A program made the translations under genes and the position numbers. Shown here one piece after another: positions 23,366-36,609 of a stretch of 64,000 nucleotides of DNA (position 1 is the stretch's first letter; each line of letters opens with the position of its first letter). The DNA comes from Eledone cirrhosa (Eukaryota), in the NCBI GenBank assembly GCA_964016885.1, contig OZ024741.1, positions 61,752,001 through 61,816,000 of the forward strand. Reading direction: 5' to 3'. The notes below the pieces were generated by a model that was not told where the DNA came from, did not search any database, and worked only from the letters and a program-made list of their open reading frames with translations.

Positions 23366-23843
23366 CATATTTAATGTATTTTTAATGTATATTAATGTAT
23401 TAAATGTCCCTTCCATGATGTAATTACATTAATTGCAACACATGGTTTCAGATCACATCATTTACCAGACTAGTACAACTCTTGTGTAACTTCAACATAA
23501 AAATCTTGCTCATACTTTCTGTTTGTGGCATGGCTTCCATGGCTGGATGCTTCTCTTAATATCAACCACATGACAGGGTGTACTGGATGCATTTTATCAT
23601 GATGCTGGCACTATCACTTTACAGAATGTACTATGATGATGATGATGATGACAAACAACATGCTTGGCCAGATGGAAAAGTCCTTGCTACCCTATATCAG
23701 CTCTATTCAATTGCCAGCCACTTTACAGAGTGTATTGGGTGCCTTTAAAAATGGGTAGTTAAAAAATAAAAATAAAAATAGTAAAAGTAGGAAAAAGAGC
23801 AAAACAAAACTGTAAAACCAATAATTGAAAATCAAAGAGAGTG

Positions 23844-23955
23844 ATGTATGTATGTATGTATGTATGTATGTATGTATGTATGTATGTATGTATGTATGTA
23901 TGTATGTATGTATGTATGAATGTATGTATGTATGTTTGAATGTATGTATGTATAT
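23844..23955. repeat. (ATGT)n microsatellite
   Basis: About 18 perfect units, then degenerate units. Confidence 0.95.
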
Positions 23956-24274
23956 ATGTAGCTGGGGGAATGAGGATTTTGTTATGAGATGTATGATTCT
24001 GAAGTGGAGGGAGGGGGCAAAATATGATGTTGGAATTCCTTGTATGGGGCTGGGTGGGCGGATAATGAGGAAGGAAGAAATTAATAAATAAGGGGATAAT
24101 GGGCAAAATACCCTATACCCTCTTACAAATGACACTATGCCTTCCCTCTTCTCCATAATGCACACATATACATAGATATATTTATATACACACATTCATA
24201 TACCACAGACAAGCATATATGCATACATGCAATACACACACACACATCTGCACATACACACAATACACAGACAC

Positions 24275-24329
<55 letters not shown>

Positions 24330-24634
24330 TATGAGTGTACATAGACACTTACACACACACACATATTCATACATACATATGTAGCAGTTTTATGAAAGAG
24401 ACTTAACATTGAATGAATTCCTGGTTCCCCTCCACTCCTCCTCTCCACTCTGGTAAATACATTATATATAGAAATGTGAAGCATTTTCATTAGTGTGTAA
24501 GATATAACTAGTAGAGAAGAGTGAGGGTGCCTTAAACATACCTATATATACATACATATACACCCATACATTCATACAAGCACGTACATTCATACAAACA
24601 CATACAGTCATACACACACACATGTATATTTATA

Positions 24635-24674
<40 letters not shown>

Positions 24675-24685
24675 ATAATAATAAT

Positions 24686-25063
24686 GGTTCTGTCTTTGCG
24701 TGCAATTGTTCTCCACGGTCCACATATGACGTATTATCTTCGTTTTTTTCGTTCATTGCCAGAGAACGTCTCTATGAACCACCTAAGAGAACATTAGTCT
24801 ACAACCTCTTTTATACCATAAACGTGGTTCTGTCATTGCGCGTAATTGTTTTTCACCGCTCCTATTAATGACGTATTATATTCGTTTTTTCCCGTTCTTT
24901 GCCAGCGAACGTTTCCACGAACCAAGTATCGTCTTCCTGTCTTCCTCCGGTTGCAACGTTTTTTTAAATATCCAGTTCTGCGTTTACAGATTGACTTTAC
25001 AGATCCCGTTAAGGGTGAAAGCAGCAATTCTTTGCTTAAACTTTAATCTGTTATTTTAATAAA
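24686..25063. mobile_element. Unclassified repeat with imperfect 140-bp tandem duplication, flanked by (TA)n
   Basis: GGTTCTGTC..GCG..AATTGTT..ATGACGTATTAT..TTGCCAG.GAACG at 24686 and 24826; right end matches one arm of the 15674-15790 hairpin. Confidence 0.55.
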
Positions 25064-25070
25064 TATATAT

Positions 25071-28035
25071 ATCATCATCATCATCATCATCATCAACGTT
25101 TAACGTCCGTGTTCCACGCTTGCATGGGTTTGGACGGGGGTAGTCCCACTTGAGGCAAGAGTGATTGTCTTGCTCGCATAGGACTGTCTGGCAGGTTTTC
25201 TACAGTTGGATGCCCTTCCTAACACCAACCACATTTACAGTGTGGGTCTGGGAGGTTTTTACCGTGTTGCCTACACGGCCACATTACAGCGTGGACTGTG
25301 TGTTTTTTTGTCGTGACACCTACACGATCTCATTTGTTTCGGCCTCGATGGCGCGGCACCAACATAACTTTACATAGAACGGGGTGGTGTGGATGGGGTG
25401 GGGGTGGGGGTGGTGGGACGGGGTGTATTTTGTTAGAGATGCCTACTGGCTGGAGTAGGTTTTACTATATATTTAGGTAAGGCGGGTCTTCTCTGTTACT
25501 GAGTACCGCCAAAGGTCTCGGTCCAGTGACATTGGCTTGGAGAGGTGTAAGTGTGTGATGTCGGAGTTTATCAGCTCGTCCCAGGTTTTTCTAGGTCTGC
25601 CTATTCCGTGACTACCATCTATCTTTATTGCCCTGCACTTTGTTATACAGCTATCGACTTTCATGCGAATCACGTGTCCATACCAACGTAGCCTTCTCTC
25701 GAGTAAACAACATCTGATCCCTCTTATCTCTAATTTTTTCCTTAGTTCGTTTATGCTTTGCCGTTCACGTATATTACTGTTACACATCCAGCGGAGCATG
25801 CAAGCTTCGTTCCTCTCTAGTCTGCGTATATCCTCTGCACACAATGCCCAGGTCTCACTGCCATGCAGCATTGCTGTTCGTATGCAGGCATCGTACAACC
25901 TGCCTTTCATTTTTAGGGAGAACCCTTTAGCAGCTAATAGTGGTATAAGCTCTCTGAACTTTTTCCAACCAGTTCTGACTCTAGCTACAGTACTTTCAGA
26001 GCACCCTCCCCCACTGCTGATTTTATCGCCCAGGTAACGGAAGCTGTCCACTATTTCTATAGAACCCTCTGCGCAATTGAAAGAGCTAGTATTTTGTGGG
26101 CACTTGCTGCTACTTATTGCACCAGAACACCGGCCACATGTAAAATCTATGTTCTTAGTTAGCTTACCTGTGATCCCACTACATCTTTTATGCACCCATA
26201 CTTTGCATTTAGGACATAAAATGGAGTTTCTACCTACGCCTTTCCTACACACCGAGCACGACCATTTCCCAGAAGGGACCGCCGCCTTGTTTTCTTTCCT
26301 ACAAACTAGTACTTTGGTCTTAGCCAGGTTAATTTTAAGTCCTTTTGACTCTAGGCCGTACTTCCATGTTTGGAATTTCTTCTCTAGCTCGGCCATTGAT
26401 TCCGCTATGAGTGGCAGGTCGTCTGCGTATAGGAGTTCCCATGGGCAGCCTGTCTTGAACTCCTCTGTTATAGCCTGAAGGGCAATAATAAATAGTAGGG
26501 GGCTGAGAACAGAGCCCTGATGGACGCCAACTTTTACGCTAAACTCTTCACTATATTCGTTGTTAATTCTAACCTTGCTGACTGTTTCTTTATACATGGC
26601 TTGTATAGCCCTCACAAGCCATTCGTCAACGCCTAGTTTTCTAAGAGCCCACCAGATAATGGAGCGGGGGACTCTGTCGAAGGCTTTCTCCAAGTCGACA
26701 AAAGCTAAGTAGAGGGGTTTACCTTTAGCTAGGTACTTCTCCTGTAGTTGTCGTACTATGAAAAGAGCGTCTGTGGTACTTTTGCCTGACACAAACTGTC
26801 TTTCTCCCATTTATTCTTCTCATTTAGTAGCCTTTCATAGTGACACTTCCAAGCTACCTTCTTATCAGCGTCGGTGATGGCAAGTGTGCCATCGTCGTTT
26901 AGTACACACTTCTCCCTGGCAATATCACGGTTTTCCTTGACGCATTGCCTAGCAATCCTGAACACCTCACGTTTTTGGTCATCGCGTTGTAGAACATGCT
27001 TGAACTTTCTTTCCTCAGCTTCCCTTCTTGCTAAGTACACTTGTCTCCTAGCTTCCCTCCTGGCCACTTGATAGTCTTCTCTACTTCCCCCATCCCGCCA
27101 TACTTTCCAAGCCTGCTTTTTGGCCTTAATTGACCCCTCCACCTTACTGTTCCACCACCATGTTACTCTCCTCCTGCCTACAGGCCTGCTCCAGCCACAG
27201 ACTTCGTCTGTCGCCAACAGCAGGTTTGCTTTCAGAAATTCCCACTCTCCCTCTGTATTGTCCGACTCTAAATGTTCTTCCTTAATGTCGAAAGAATCAA
27301 GTAATATGCTTTGAAATTTATTCCTGGCTGTGGGGTCCTTTAGCTTCCATATTTTTCTCCTGAGGATAGTCCTCTTCTGCTGTCGAGTACGTCTCGTCCT
27401 GACTATGAGGTCGCTAATTATCAGTCTATGTTGGGAGGTGCATTCTTCATGGGGGAGGGATTTAGTGTTTACAACAGACACTCTGTCACGTCTTCTGGTA
27501 AGGATATAATCTACCTGGCTTGTGTGTTCCCCGGATCTATAGGTGATCAGGTGACTGTCACGTTTTTTGAAGTTAGTGTTACAGATAGTTAGGTTATTTG
27601 CATCACAGAATTCCAGGATTCTGGAGCCTTCCTCATTTCTAGTACCAAACCCATAGCCTCCATGGATTTCGTCGTAGCCGTCACAATGTTGTCCAACGTG
27701 ACCATTTAGGTCGCCTGCGATAATTATATAGTCACTGTCGGATATTTGGGAGGTAGTTAGCATCAGTGTCTCATAGAATCTGTCTTTTATAGTGCCGGGC
27801 AGTCCGGATTGGGGTGCGTACGCAGATATTACTGTCACCGTAGTTCTATTGAGGACAAGTCGTATTTTAATTATTCTGTCGTTCACTCTATTTACGTCTA
27901 TTATCTTATCTGCCCACTTTTCTGCTACCATGATTCCTACTCCACCCAGTCCATCGTCGTTTCCCACCCAGAAAAGCTTATAACATCGTTTTTTACCCTC
28001 AATGTACCTAGCAGACCCACCCCTCCACCTGGTCT
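25071..28035 (-). mobile_element. RTE family A copy with APE endonuclease and RT, internal deletion, 5'-truncated
   Basis: ORF 26756-27967 has GVGI, SAYAPQ, AGDLNGHVG and QVDYIL (APE); ORF 25473-26810 has RT with YADD and PHD-like finger; (GAT)n tail at 25071-25094. Confidence 0.96.
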
Positions 28036-28040
28036 CTTAT

Positions 28041-28119
<79 letters not shown>

Positions 28120-28125
28120 TATATA

Positions 28126-28543
28126 TACGCAGACTAGAGAGGAACGAAGCTTGCATGCTCCGCTGGATGTGTAACAGTAATATACGTGAACGGCAAAGCA
28201 TAAACGAACTAAGGAAAAAATTAGAAATAAGAGGGATCAGATGTTGTTTACTCGAGAGAAGGCTACGTTGGTATGGACACGTGATGCGCATGAAAGTCGA
28301 TAGCTGTATAACAAAGTGCAGGGCAATAAAGATAGACGGTAGCCACGGAATAGGCAGACCTAGAAAAACCTGGGACGAGCTGATAAACTCCGACCTCACA
28401 CACTTACACCTCTCCAAGACAATGTCACTGGACCGAGACCTTTGGCGGTACTCAGTAACAGAGAAGACCAGCCTTACCTAAATACATAGTAAAACCTACT
28501 ACAGCCAGTAGGCATCTCTAACAAAATACACCCCGTCCCACCA
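28126..28543 (+). mobile_element. RTE family A C-terminal fragment, inverted relative to 25411-25830
   Basis: ORF 28155-28481 nearly identical to the C-terminus of ORF 25473-26810. Confidence 0.92.
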
Positions 28544-28880
28544 GGGGATTAAATGGTGTGACCATGTAACAAACCAGGAAGTCAGGAACCGCACCAACCA
28601 GCAGCTAGTCTCTTCTACCATCTGCAAGCGACGCCTGGGCTGGTTTGGACACGCTTTGAGACTTCCCCCAGAGAGACTGGCGAACCAAGTACTTAAATGG
28701 AACCCAGAGGGAAGCAGACGGAGAAGGCGACCCAAAATGAACTGGTGCCAGACAGTTGAGAGGGACCTTCGAGCAACAAACAGACAATGGCGGGACGCTG
28801 TGCAACTGGCTGCTGAGTAAACGCGATGGAACACTATGATTGTCTCATGCATCGCAAGACGCGGGAGCTTCTGAGTCTGA
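28544..28880 (+). mobile_element. C-terminal fragment of a different RTE-like LINE
   Basis: Reads GIKWCDHVTNQEVRNRT...RRLGWFGHALRL...GSRRRRRPKMNW...; abuts the family A fragment. Confidence 0.8.
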
Positions 28881-29042
28881 TACATATATATAAACATATA
28901 TATATACATATATATATATAGAACAATGGCTTGAGCTCTGCCATCGGGGTCATACTTGTTCCTATTACCCACTCTACTACCCTAAGTATTGAGTACTTTG
29001 GTGCGTTATGGGCCATCTGGTTCCTTACCACATTTCCTTCGT

Positions 29043-29514
<472 letters not shown>

Positions 29515-29516
<2 letters not shown>

Positions 29517-30122
29517 TGGCTGCCAACTCGTTTTCGAGTACGGCCACTACTTTATATCCATGTAGGAGAACCCCTACCGATGCGCTGAATGAGTGTGACT
29601 TTCTAGTCCAGCCAGCGACTTGAAAACTCTGGTACAAACACTACACTTGTTACAATTATTGACACATAGTGCTGGGCCCATGGTACCATGTGACGACAAG
29701 TACAGAGAGATCTCCAGATATAAAGCAATGCCTGTGCCGTGAAGCTTTTATAGTGAGCAAAGGCACTGCACAAAGCCAGTCCCACTCTTTTAACCAATAT
29801 GATATTTACCAAAAAGAAGAACAAGTCAACATCATTGGATACCATCAGGGTTGCAGGTGTTATATCAGAGTTTTCCTTCTCCTAGAATTCTGCCTTGACA
29901 AAGGCTAAGGGGTCATCTCTCCCGGTGATTTTGGATGGCTATTGACTCTTAAGAGCTCCCTTGCCCTTTGACAGGTTTTGTTTTTAGTCCTGCAGGATGT
30001 CCAAAGTCACCCTCCTCACCAAGAAATCTTGGTGGGGTTGCCAGTTTAGTCGCCAACGACCCGACCATGAGACAGGTTGTACTGGGATACATGTTACCAG
30101 TAGCACCAACTGGTGACCTGAC
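29515..30122 (-). mobile_element. Probable 5' region (UTR) of an RTE-like retroelement
   Basis: Non-coding, moderately GC-rich island between two TA tracts; minus-strand GTTGGCGACTAAACTGGCAACCCC resembles RTE 5'UTR-type sequence (recognition only). Confidence 0.35.
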
Positions 30123-30124
30123 AT

Positions 30125-30816
<692 letters not shown>

Positions 30817-31110
30817 ATCAAAAGATGGTTAAAAGAGTTCCATGTATTTTATTATGCGCATTTCAAAAACAAATATTGCGTTTTCGTCAGATAAAATAGT
30901 GAGACATGATATGAAGATTAAAAAACACTTGTGAATAGTGCAGTTTTAAATCAACATATGAAAAGTAATTTAAGACTGATGTGTGATATTTGGAAAAAAA
31001 TGAGGGGGGGGGGGATGAAAAAGAGGAGGAGATGAGAGTAAAGAATGGTGGGGGAGGAGTATAATAAGGAAGGATGAGATAGAAGGAGAGATGGGTGATA
31101 GAAAGAGAGA

Positions 31111-31455
31111 GATCATCATCATCATCATCATTTTACGTCCACTTTTCCCTGCTTGCAAGGGTAGGACGGGAACTGATTCTGGCTTGATTTCTACAGCTGG
31201 ATGCCCTTCCTAACACCAACCTCATTTACAGTGAGTGCTGGGTGCTTTTTTTTTTTTACGTGGCACCTCCACCTTGCAGTGGAATGATAGGGACCCCAGT
31301 CCCTATCATCTCATTTCTACAGCTGAGTAAACTGGAGCAATGTGAAATAAAGTGTCTTGCTCAAGGAAACAACACATCACCCGGTCTGAGAATTGAACTC
31401 ACAACCTTTCTATTGCAAGGCCAATGCTCTAACCACTAAGCCATGTGCCTCCACA
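31111..31455 (-). mobile_element. Near full-length tRNA-derived SINE (A box, B box, CORE-like domain, RTE tail)
   Basis: Minus strand TGGCTTAGTGG (A box), GAGTTCAATTC (B box), TCCTTGAGCAAGACACTT, then RTE 3'UTR and (GAT)n. Confidence 0.9.
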
Positions 31456-31644
31456 TAGAGATAGCCTTTATAACTGAGAAAAATATATATTGTTTCACAG
31501 AGAGAGGTTAAAAGAATTTGAAAATTGTTGAAGAGAAAAAATTAAGAATAATATTAAATTAAGGTTTGTATATTGAAGGGTTTAATAATATGTGCGATGA
31601 AAAGAAATTGTTAATATGTATTGTTAAAATAAAAATAAAAATAT

Positions 31645-32221
31645 TATATACTTACCTTATGCATATTAACGGCTGAGGAGATGTTTGTTTACAAACACAC
31701 CGAGCATTATAATAAATGTTCAGTGAATCCATACGTACATATATATATGTGTGCATGTATGTATAAATATATACATACTACTGTACGTCTGTATACATAT
31801 ATGTATGTACGTGTACATACTTATATTTAAGTAACAGCCGTACTAAGAGTGGGAAATGAAATTTTGTTTTATTTTTTCCATTTATCATTTTCGGTGCACC
31901 CGGCCAATTAACGCACTCAATATGCAAATTGGGCTCCTCAGCCGTTAATATGCATAAGGTAAGTATATACGTTCAACAATCTGGCAGGAAGGTATACGTT
32001 GCTGACGATAGCTAATAAGCTTGAAACTAGTACAGCGTTCCTTTGTCAGTGTTGAACAAATGAGCAACAATGGTTGCTAGACACTACGGCTTAATACAGG
32101 ATGTTTGTTTACAAACAAACCAAGCATTATAATAAATGTTTAGTGAATTCATACGTACATATATGTGTGCATGTATGGATATACATACTACTGTACGTCT
32201 GTATACATATATGTATGTACA

Positions 32222-32230
<9 letters not shown>
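31645..32230 (+). mobile_element. Non-autonomous Penelope-like/retrozyme-like element: 36-bp 5' inversion plus 420-bp partial tandem
   Basis: 31645-31680 is the exact reverse complement of 31934-31969; 31681-31815 repeats at 32101-32230; contains a hammerhead motif. Confidence 0.72.
31996..32038 (+). ncRNA. Minimal type I hammerhead ribozyme with palindromic stem III
   Basis: ACGTTG-CTGACGA-T-AGCT-AATA-AGCT-T-GAAA-CTAG-TA-CAGCGT: 6-bp stem I, CUGANGA, 4-bp stem II, GAAA, ACTAGT palindrome, GUA cleavage triplet ending at 32032. Confidence 0.78.
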
Positions 32231-32271
<41 letters not shown>

Positions 32272-32375
32272 TATATATATACATATATATAAATATATAT
32301 ATATATAAATATATATATATAAATATATATATATACATATATATATAAATATAGATATATATATACACATATATA

Positions 32376-32413
<38 letters not shown>

Positions 32414-32432
32414 CATTTATATATACACACAC

Positions 32433-32479
<47 letters not shown>

Positions 32480-32560
32480 CACACACATATATATATATAT
32501 ACACATGTATATATATATATATATATATACACACATGCACATACGCATACACACTCACAG
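32225..32560. repeat. Compound (TA)n/(CA)n microsatellite
   Basis: Direct reading. Confidence 0.93.
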
Positions 32561-32694
32561 CACACATACAGACAAATGACAAATACAGCAATGTTTATTT
32601 ACTCTATTCATGATTGTTCTACCATGCTAAATATTCCATATTACCTACTTAACATGTTCAGCAATTTTGAAAGAGAATGCATTGTTATTATTCT

Positions 32695-33100
32695 GATGGT
32701 TATGTTAATGGTGGCATGTGGGGGGGTCTTGTAGTGGTGGTGCATCTGGTGGTTGGAGTGAGGTAGCAGCTGGCAGTGATTGTGGTGGTGGTGATTGTGG
32801 TGGTGGTGATCGTGGTGGTGGTGATTGTGGTGGTGGTGGTGATTATTATAATGGTGTTGGTGTTGAGAGTATTGTTGGTAATTGTGGTGGTGGTGGTGGT
32901 TATTGTTATTCTAGTGATTATTGCTATGGTGGTGATGATCGGTACTCAAAGTCATAATGTTACTATCTAATAGTGAGTCTAGTAGTTGCACGGGAAGTTG
33001 GCAATAATGGTGGAGGTGGTTGTGGTGGTGATTGTGATAGTGGTGGTGGTGTTGGGGGTAGTAGCTGTGTTTCTGATGCTTGTGGTGGTGGTTGATGTTG
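32695..33100. repeat. Degenerate (GGT)n-rich low-complexity tract with 15-bp GGTGATTGTGGTGGT subrepeats
   Basis: Direct reading; stops in the G-rich frame. Confidence 0.85.
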
Positions 33101-33312
33101 AAGAGTGTAAGCCCAACCCCAACCTTCAAGGATGCTTAACAAATATTATAACTTGTCACTGAACCCCATGAAACCACCTCTAGTTCTGCAAAAGTATTTA
33201 TATTAGTTTCAAAATCTATCAATTTTATGTCAGAACTTTTAAGTTATGCTCCAAATACCAGTTTTATAACGAGACATTTAGTTATATTATTAAATCCTTC
33301 CAATTTACTGAT

Positions 33313-33765
33313 TTCTTCTTCTTCTTCACCCACTTATTCCTAAAAGGGTCTTAGGAGTAGAGTCCTCAAACACTCCTTTCTGCAGGTCCTGTCAGAAGCA
33401 ACCATCTCCAACTGATCCAGCTGGATCCCCAATCGAGACTATTTAAGCTCATAGATTTACCCAACCATCTTGCTCAGGGTCTACCCCTGGGTCTCCTGCC
33501 AGTTGGTTTTGCCTGTAAAATATGTCCAGCAATTCTTTCTTGAGACATTCTAACCACATCTCCATAGTATTGGAGCTGTGATCTCTCGATTTGGAGAAGC
33601 AGCAGCTCTACCTGGAGTGACTCTCTGTTCTCTGAGCTATGCTCTCTATCAAGTAACATAATTCCAAAGACCCTTCAGAAGAACCCCATTTTGGCCACTT
33701 ATATTCACGATTGTATTCTTTCGGTCATTTCCCAAAATTCATGACGATAGGTAACGGTTGGCATG
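33313..33765 (-). mobile_element. Decayed RTE-like LINE 3' fragment with (GAA)n tail
   Basis: Minus ORF IERSQLQYYGDVVRMSQERIAGHILQAKPTGRRPRGRP; (CTT)n at 33314-33327. Confidence 0.8.
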
Positions 33766-34563
33766 AATACCGAATTGAGGATTTTAAAAAATTATATGAA
33801 AATTATAGGCAGTGTTTTTCATTAGAAATATATATAAATGAACAAATTAAAATTTTTTGTTTTTTGAGCTCAGTAAAACTTTCAGAAAGCATAACATATT
33901 TTACTTTAATTTTATTTCAAAATTTCTCATATCAAAAGTCAGAAATTTTTGTAATATTCTCTGATGGTTTACTTTGATTTTCTTTTCTCTTTCTAGTTTT
34001 CTGAATTAGTGAATTTCCTAATGACTTTCATGCTTTGTTTAACTCTTAATATCCTGTACCACATGAAAACACATGAGCAAGACATTCTTGAAAATACATA
34101 ACTGCATTATGACAACATCACAGGAAAAATTAAAGCCTTTACTCTAATATTGCAAATGTTCACAATAATCCGTTCATTAGTAAAGGCACAATAAACATTT
34201 GAATTAACAAACCTATTTTTAAACACTTTCTCCTAAATCATTGCAGGATGTTAAAAAGTTCCCCTTCTATAATATCTTTCTAACACACACACACAAAAAA
34301 AAGAACACCCCTTCTATGAATCTCTAACATCTATAATATCCATCTAGCACCCAAGAAACCTTTTAGGTAAACACGCCACCATATCTTTCCAGCCCACATA
34401 ATATATTCTCCAACTCTAAGAACAAACAAGTTCCTTCTATTTTGCACAATACTAAATAAGAGTTATCCCCCCACACACACTTTTCTAACTCACAATCGAA
34501 TCCTCAAGTTCTCTTCTCTTCCATAAGAACTCCTAAGTAGAACTTTAATGATAATAAAGATGA

Positions 34564-34614
34564 TGGACTGATGAGCTGTGGAAAACAATTTCCCCAGTGA
34601 AACATAACTATTCG
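34564..34614 (+). ncRNA. Degenerate hammerhead ribozyme motif
   Basis: CTGATGA-GCTG-T-GGAAA-ACAA-TTTCC-C-CAGT-GAAAC: 9-bp stem II between intact core boxes; stems I and III weak. Confidence 0.5.
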
Positions 34615-34794
34615 CCAGATGAAAATGATGTGAATTAAGTAACAAAAGAAAGGAAGAGGTGAGGAGACCTTTTTAATTTTCAATGTGCCAGATCCACCAC
34701 CAACAACAACAACACCACCACCACTAGTATAACTTCAGATCCACTATATCAGTTACTATGTCATCCAGATCACATTATCTTGGACTGATCTGTT

Positions 34795-34985
34795 AAATAA
34801 TTGTTTCTACTTTTGGCACAAGGCCAGCAATTACCCCAGTGTATTACTGGTACTTTATTTTATCGACCCTGTAAGAATGAAGGGCAAAGTTAACCTTGGC
34901 GGGATTTGAACTCAGACCATAATGGGCCATAACTTTATGCTGCAAAGTATGGCATCCGACCATCTACCGATACTGCCAATCCACA
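34795..34985 (-). mobile_element. tRNA-derived SINE with Meta-like domain
   Basis: Reverse complement of 38285-38450; GAGTTCAAATCC B box and GCCYTTCATYCTTACAGGGTCGATAAAATAAAGTACCAG. Confidence 0.85.
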
Positions 34986-36609
34986 AGTTTTAAGATAAAT
35001 ATACATCTACATGCACTCACACACACAATACAAAATATATTCCTATGCCATTAAATCATGATGATGATGATACATATGTGTATTTACAAGTATTTATATG
35101 CATACACACACACACTTTCTCAAATAACGTCACACCTCAATGCACATGCAATGACCTTACAATAACTGACCAGCAATCACAGGCACATACACAAATATAG
35201 AACAATGAAATTTCCCCCAAAACTGTCATGCTTCAACACACATTAATCACTTTCCAACAACTGACCAACTGATGGTTTATGAAATCACAGTCAAGAAAAG
35301 AGGTCAAGTTAGAGATATTTAGAGTATTCTGCTAAGAAAAGATAACTATCTAGCTATTAGAAAATAACAATGATTTGGCTATACAGATATAAGGGGAAAT
35401 AGGAAAGGAGATGAATTAGCTAAAGATGAAGCACAAAAAGAAATAATAGATATAGATTACATTACTAAATCAAATCATTCAGCAAAAACATAATAAGTCA
35501 AGGGTGGAACAAATTTGGGCAAGAGTTTAGAGATAAGCTCTCACATTCCAATTTTCCATTGTCTAAGTTAGATGTGCTAACATTTAAAATGTATCAGACA
35601 CTGAATAATATTAATACAGAAAGACTATGTTTGCTATGAATAGGTCATATACCATTGAATTATATTTCATCATAAACAAGTTGTATAGAAGAAATAACCT
35701 CTTTGCAGTCTTGTCAGCACCACTGTGCCCTAGACCTAGAGCCCATCACCCTCCACTTCCCATTCTTCTGTGACCCTAGAGACCTTGCATTTCCCTTCAT
35801 TTCCCGTTTTTACATATCCATAGTGTTGTTGTTATTTGAAATAGATTTGTTTATGATTCTTTTGATTTTTAATCATAAAATGCTTTTGTTAATTTCTGTC
35901 AGTATAAAGACCTGAAAGTATTCATTAATGTAAGTACTATGTCTGCTAATATTGTAGGCTTATGTTAACACTTCTCACTTGAGAAATATTTGTTTTTCTT
36001 TGTTTCTTTCATTATTGGAAATATAAAAATAACCTCTATGGTCTTGTGAAGACTACCCGGAAACTCTATGACACTATATATCCAATGAAAACACTACCAG
36101 TAAACAGTAGACATCTTGAAGATATTCTTTAAGAAGACTACCAAGATTGGATGTGCAATATATTGTCAAAGGGCTACCAGTTATTAACAAGATCTTTCAG
36201 GACATTTAGCTGCTTTATAGTTATCTATGTTTTTCACCATTTTTCCTATCTGTTCTCCCTTTGCCTCCTGTTATCCTCTTTCTTTTCTCTTTTCTTTCTT
36301 GTTTTTGTTTCATATTTGTAGGGGGTAATAGATAGCTCTCCTAGTTAATCATGACTTACTAGCTTGATAAGACATTTAAATTGGTTGAATAAATAAATGC
36401 ACACACATCTCTCTATATATATGAATATGTTTACTCTCATGATGCCCACATATGCTCACAAAACAACTCAGAACAACTTCCATTATGTACAAAAATAATG
36501 AAATATATATATATATATTTTATACACACATTTCCATACATATATATGTATATATATTTACATACAGATATAAACATACACACACATATATATACATATA
36601 TATATACAC

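Noticed and set aside
31380-31455. tRNA gene
   Set aside because: A and B boxes belong to a SINE head; no complete cloverleaf evident and it continues into CORE and LINE modules.
31645-31969. MITE with 36-bp terminal inverted repeats, or a splice donor AAGGTAAGT
   Set aside because: The right repeat is internal to a 420-bp tandem unit that continues into a hammerhead, which fits a 5'-inverted Penelope-like structure better; the donor-like motif lies in the repeat with no linked exon.
32718-32957. Gly/Cys-rich 79-aa ORF
   Set aside because: Degenerate GGT microsatellite without splice or signal-peptide support.
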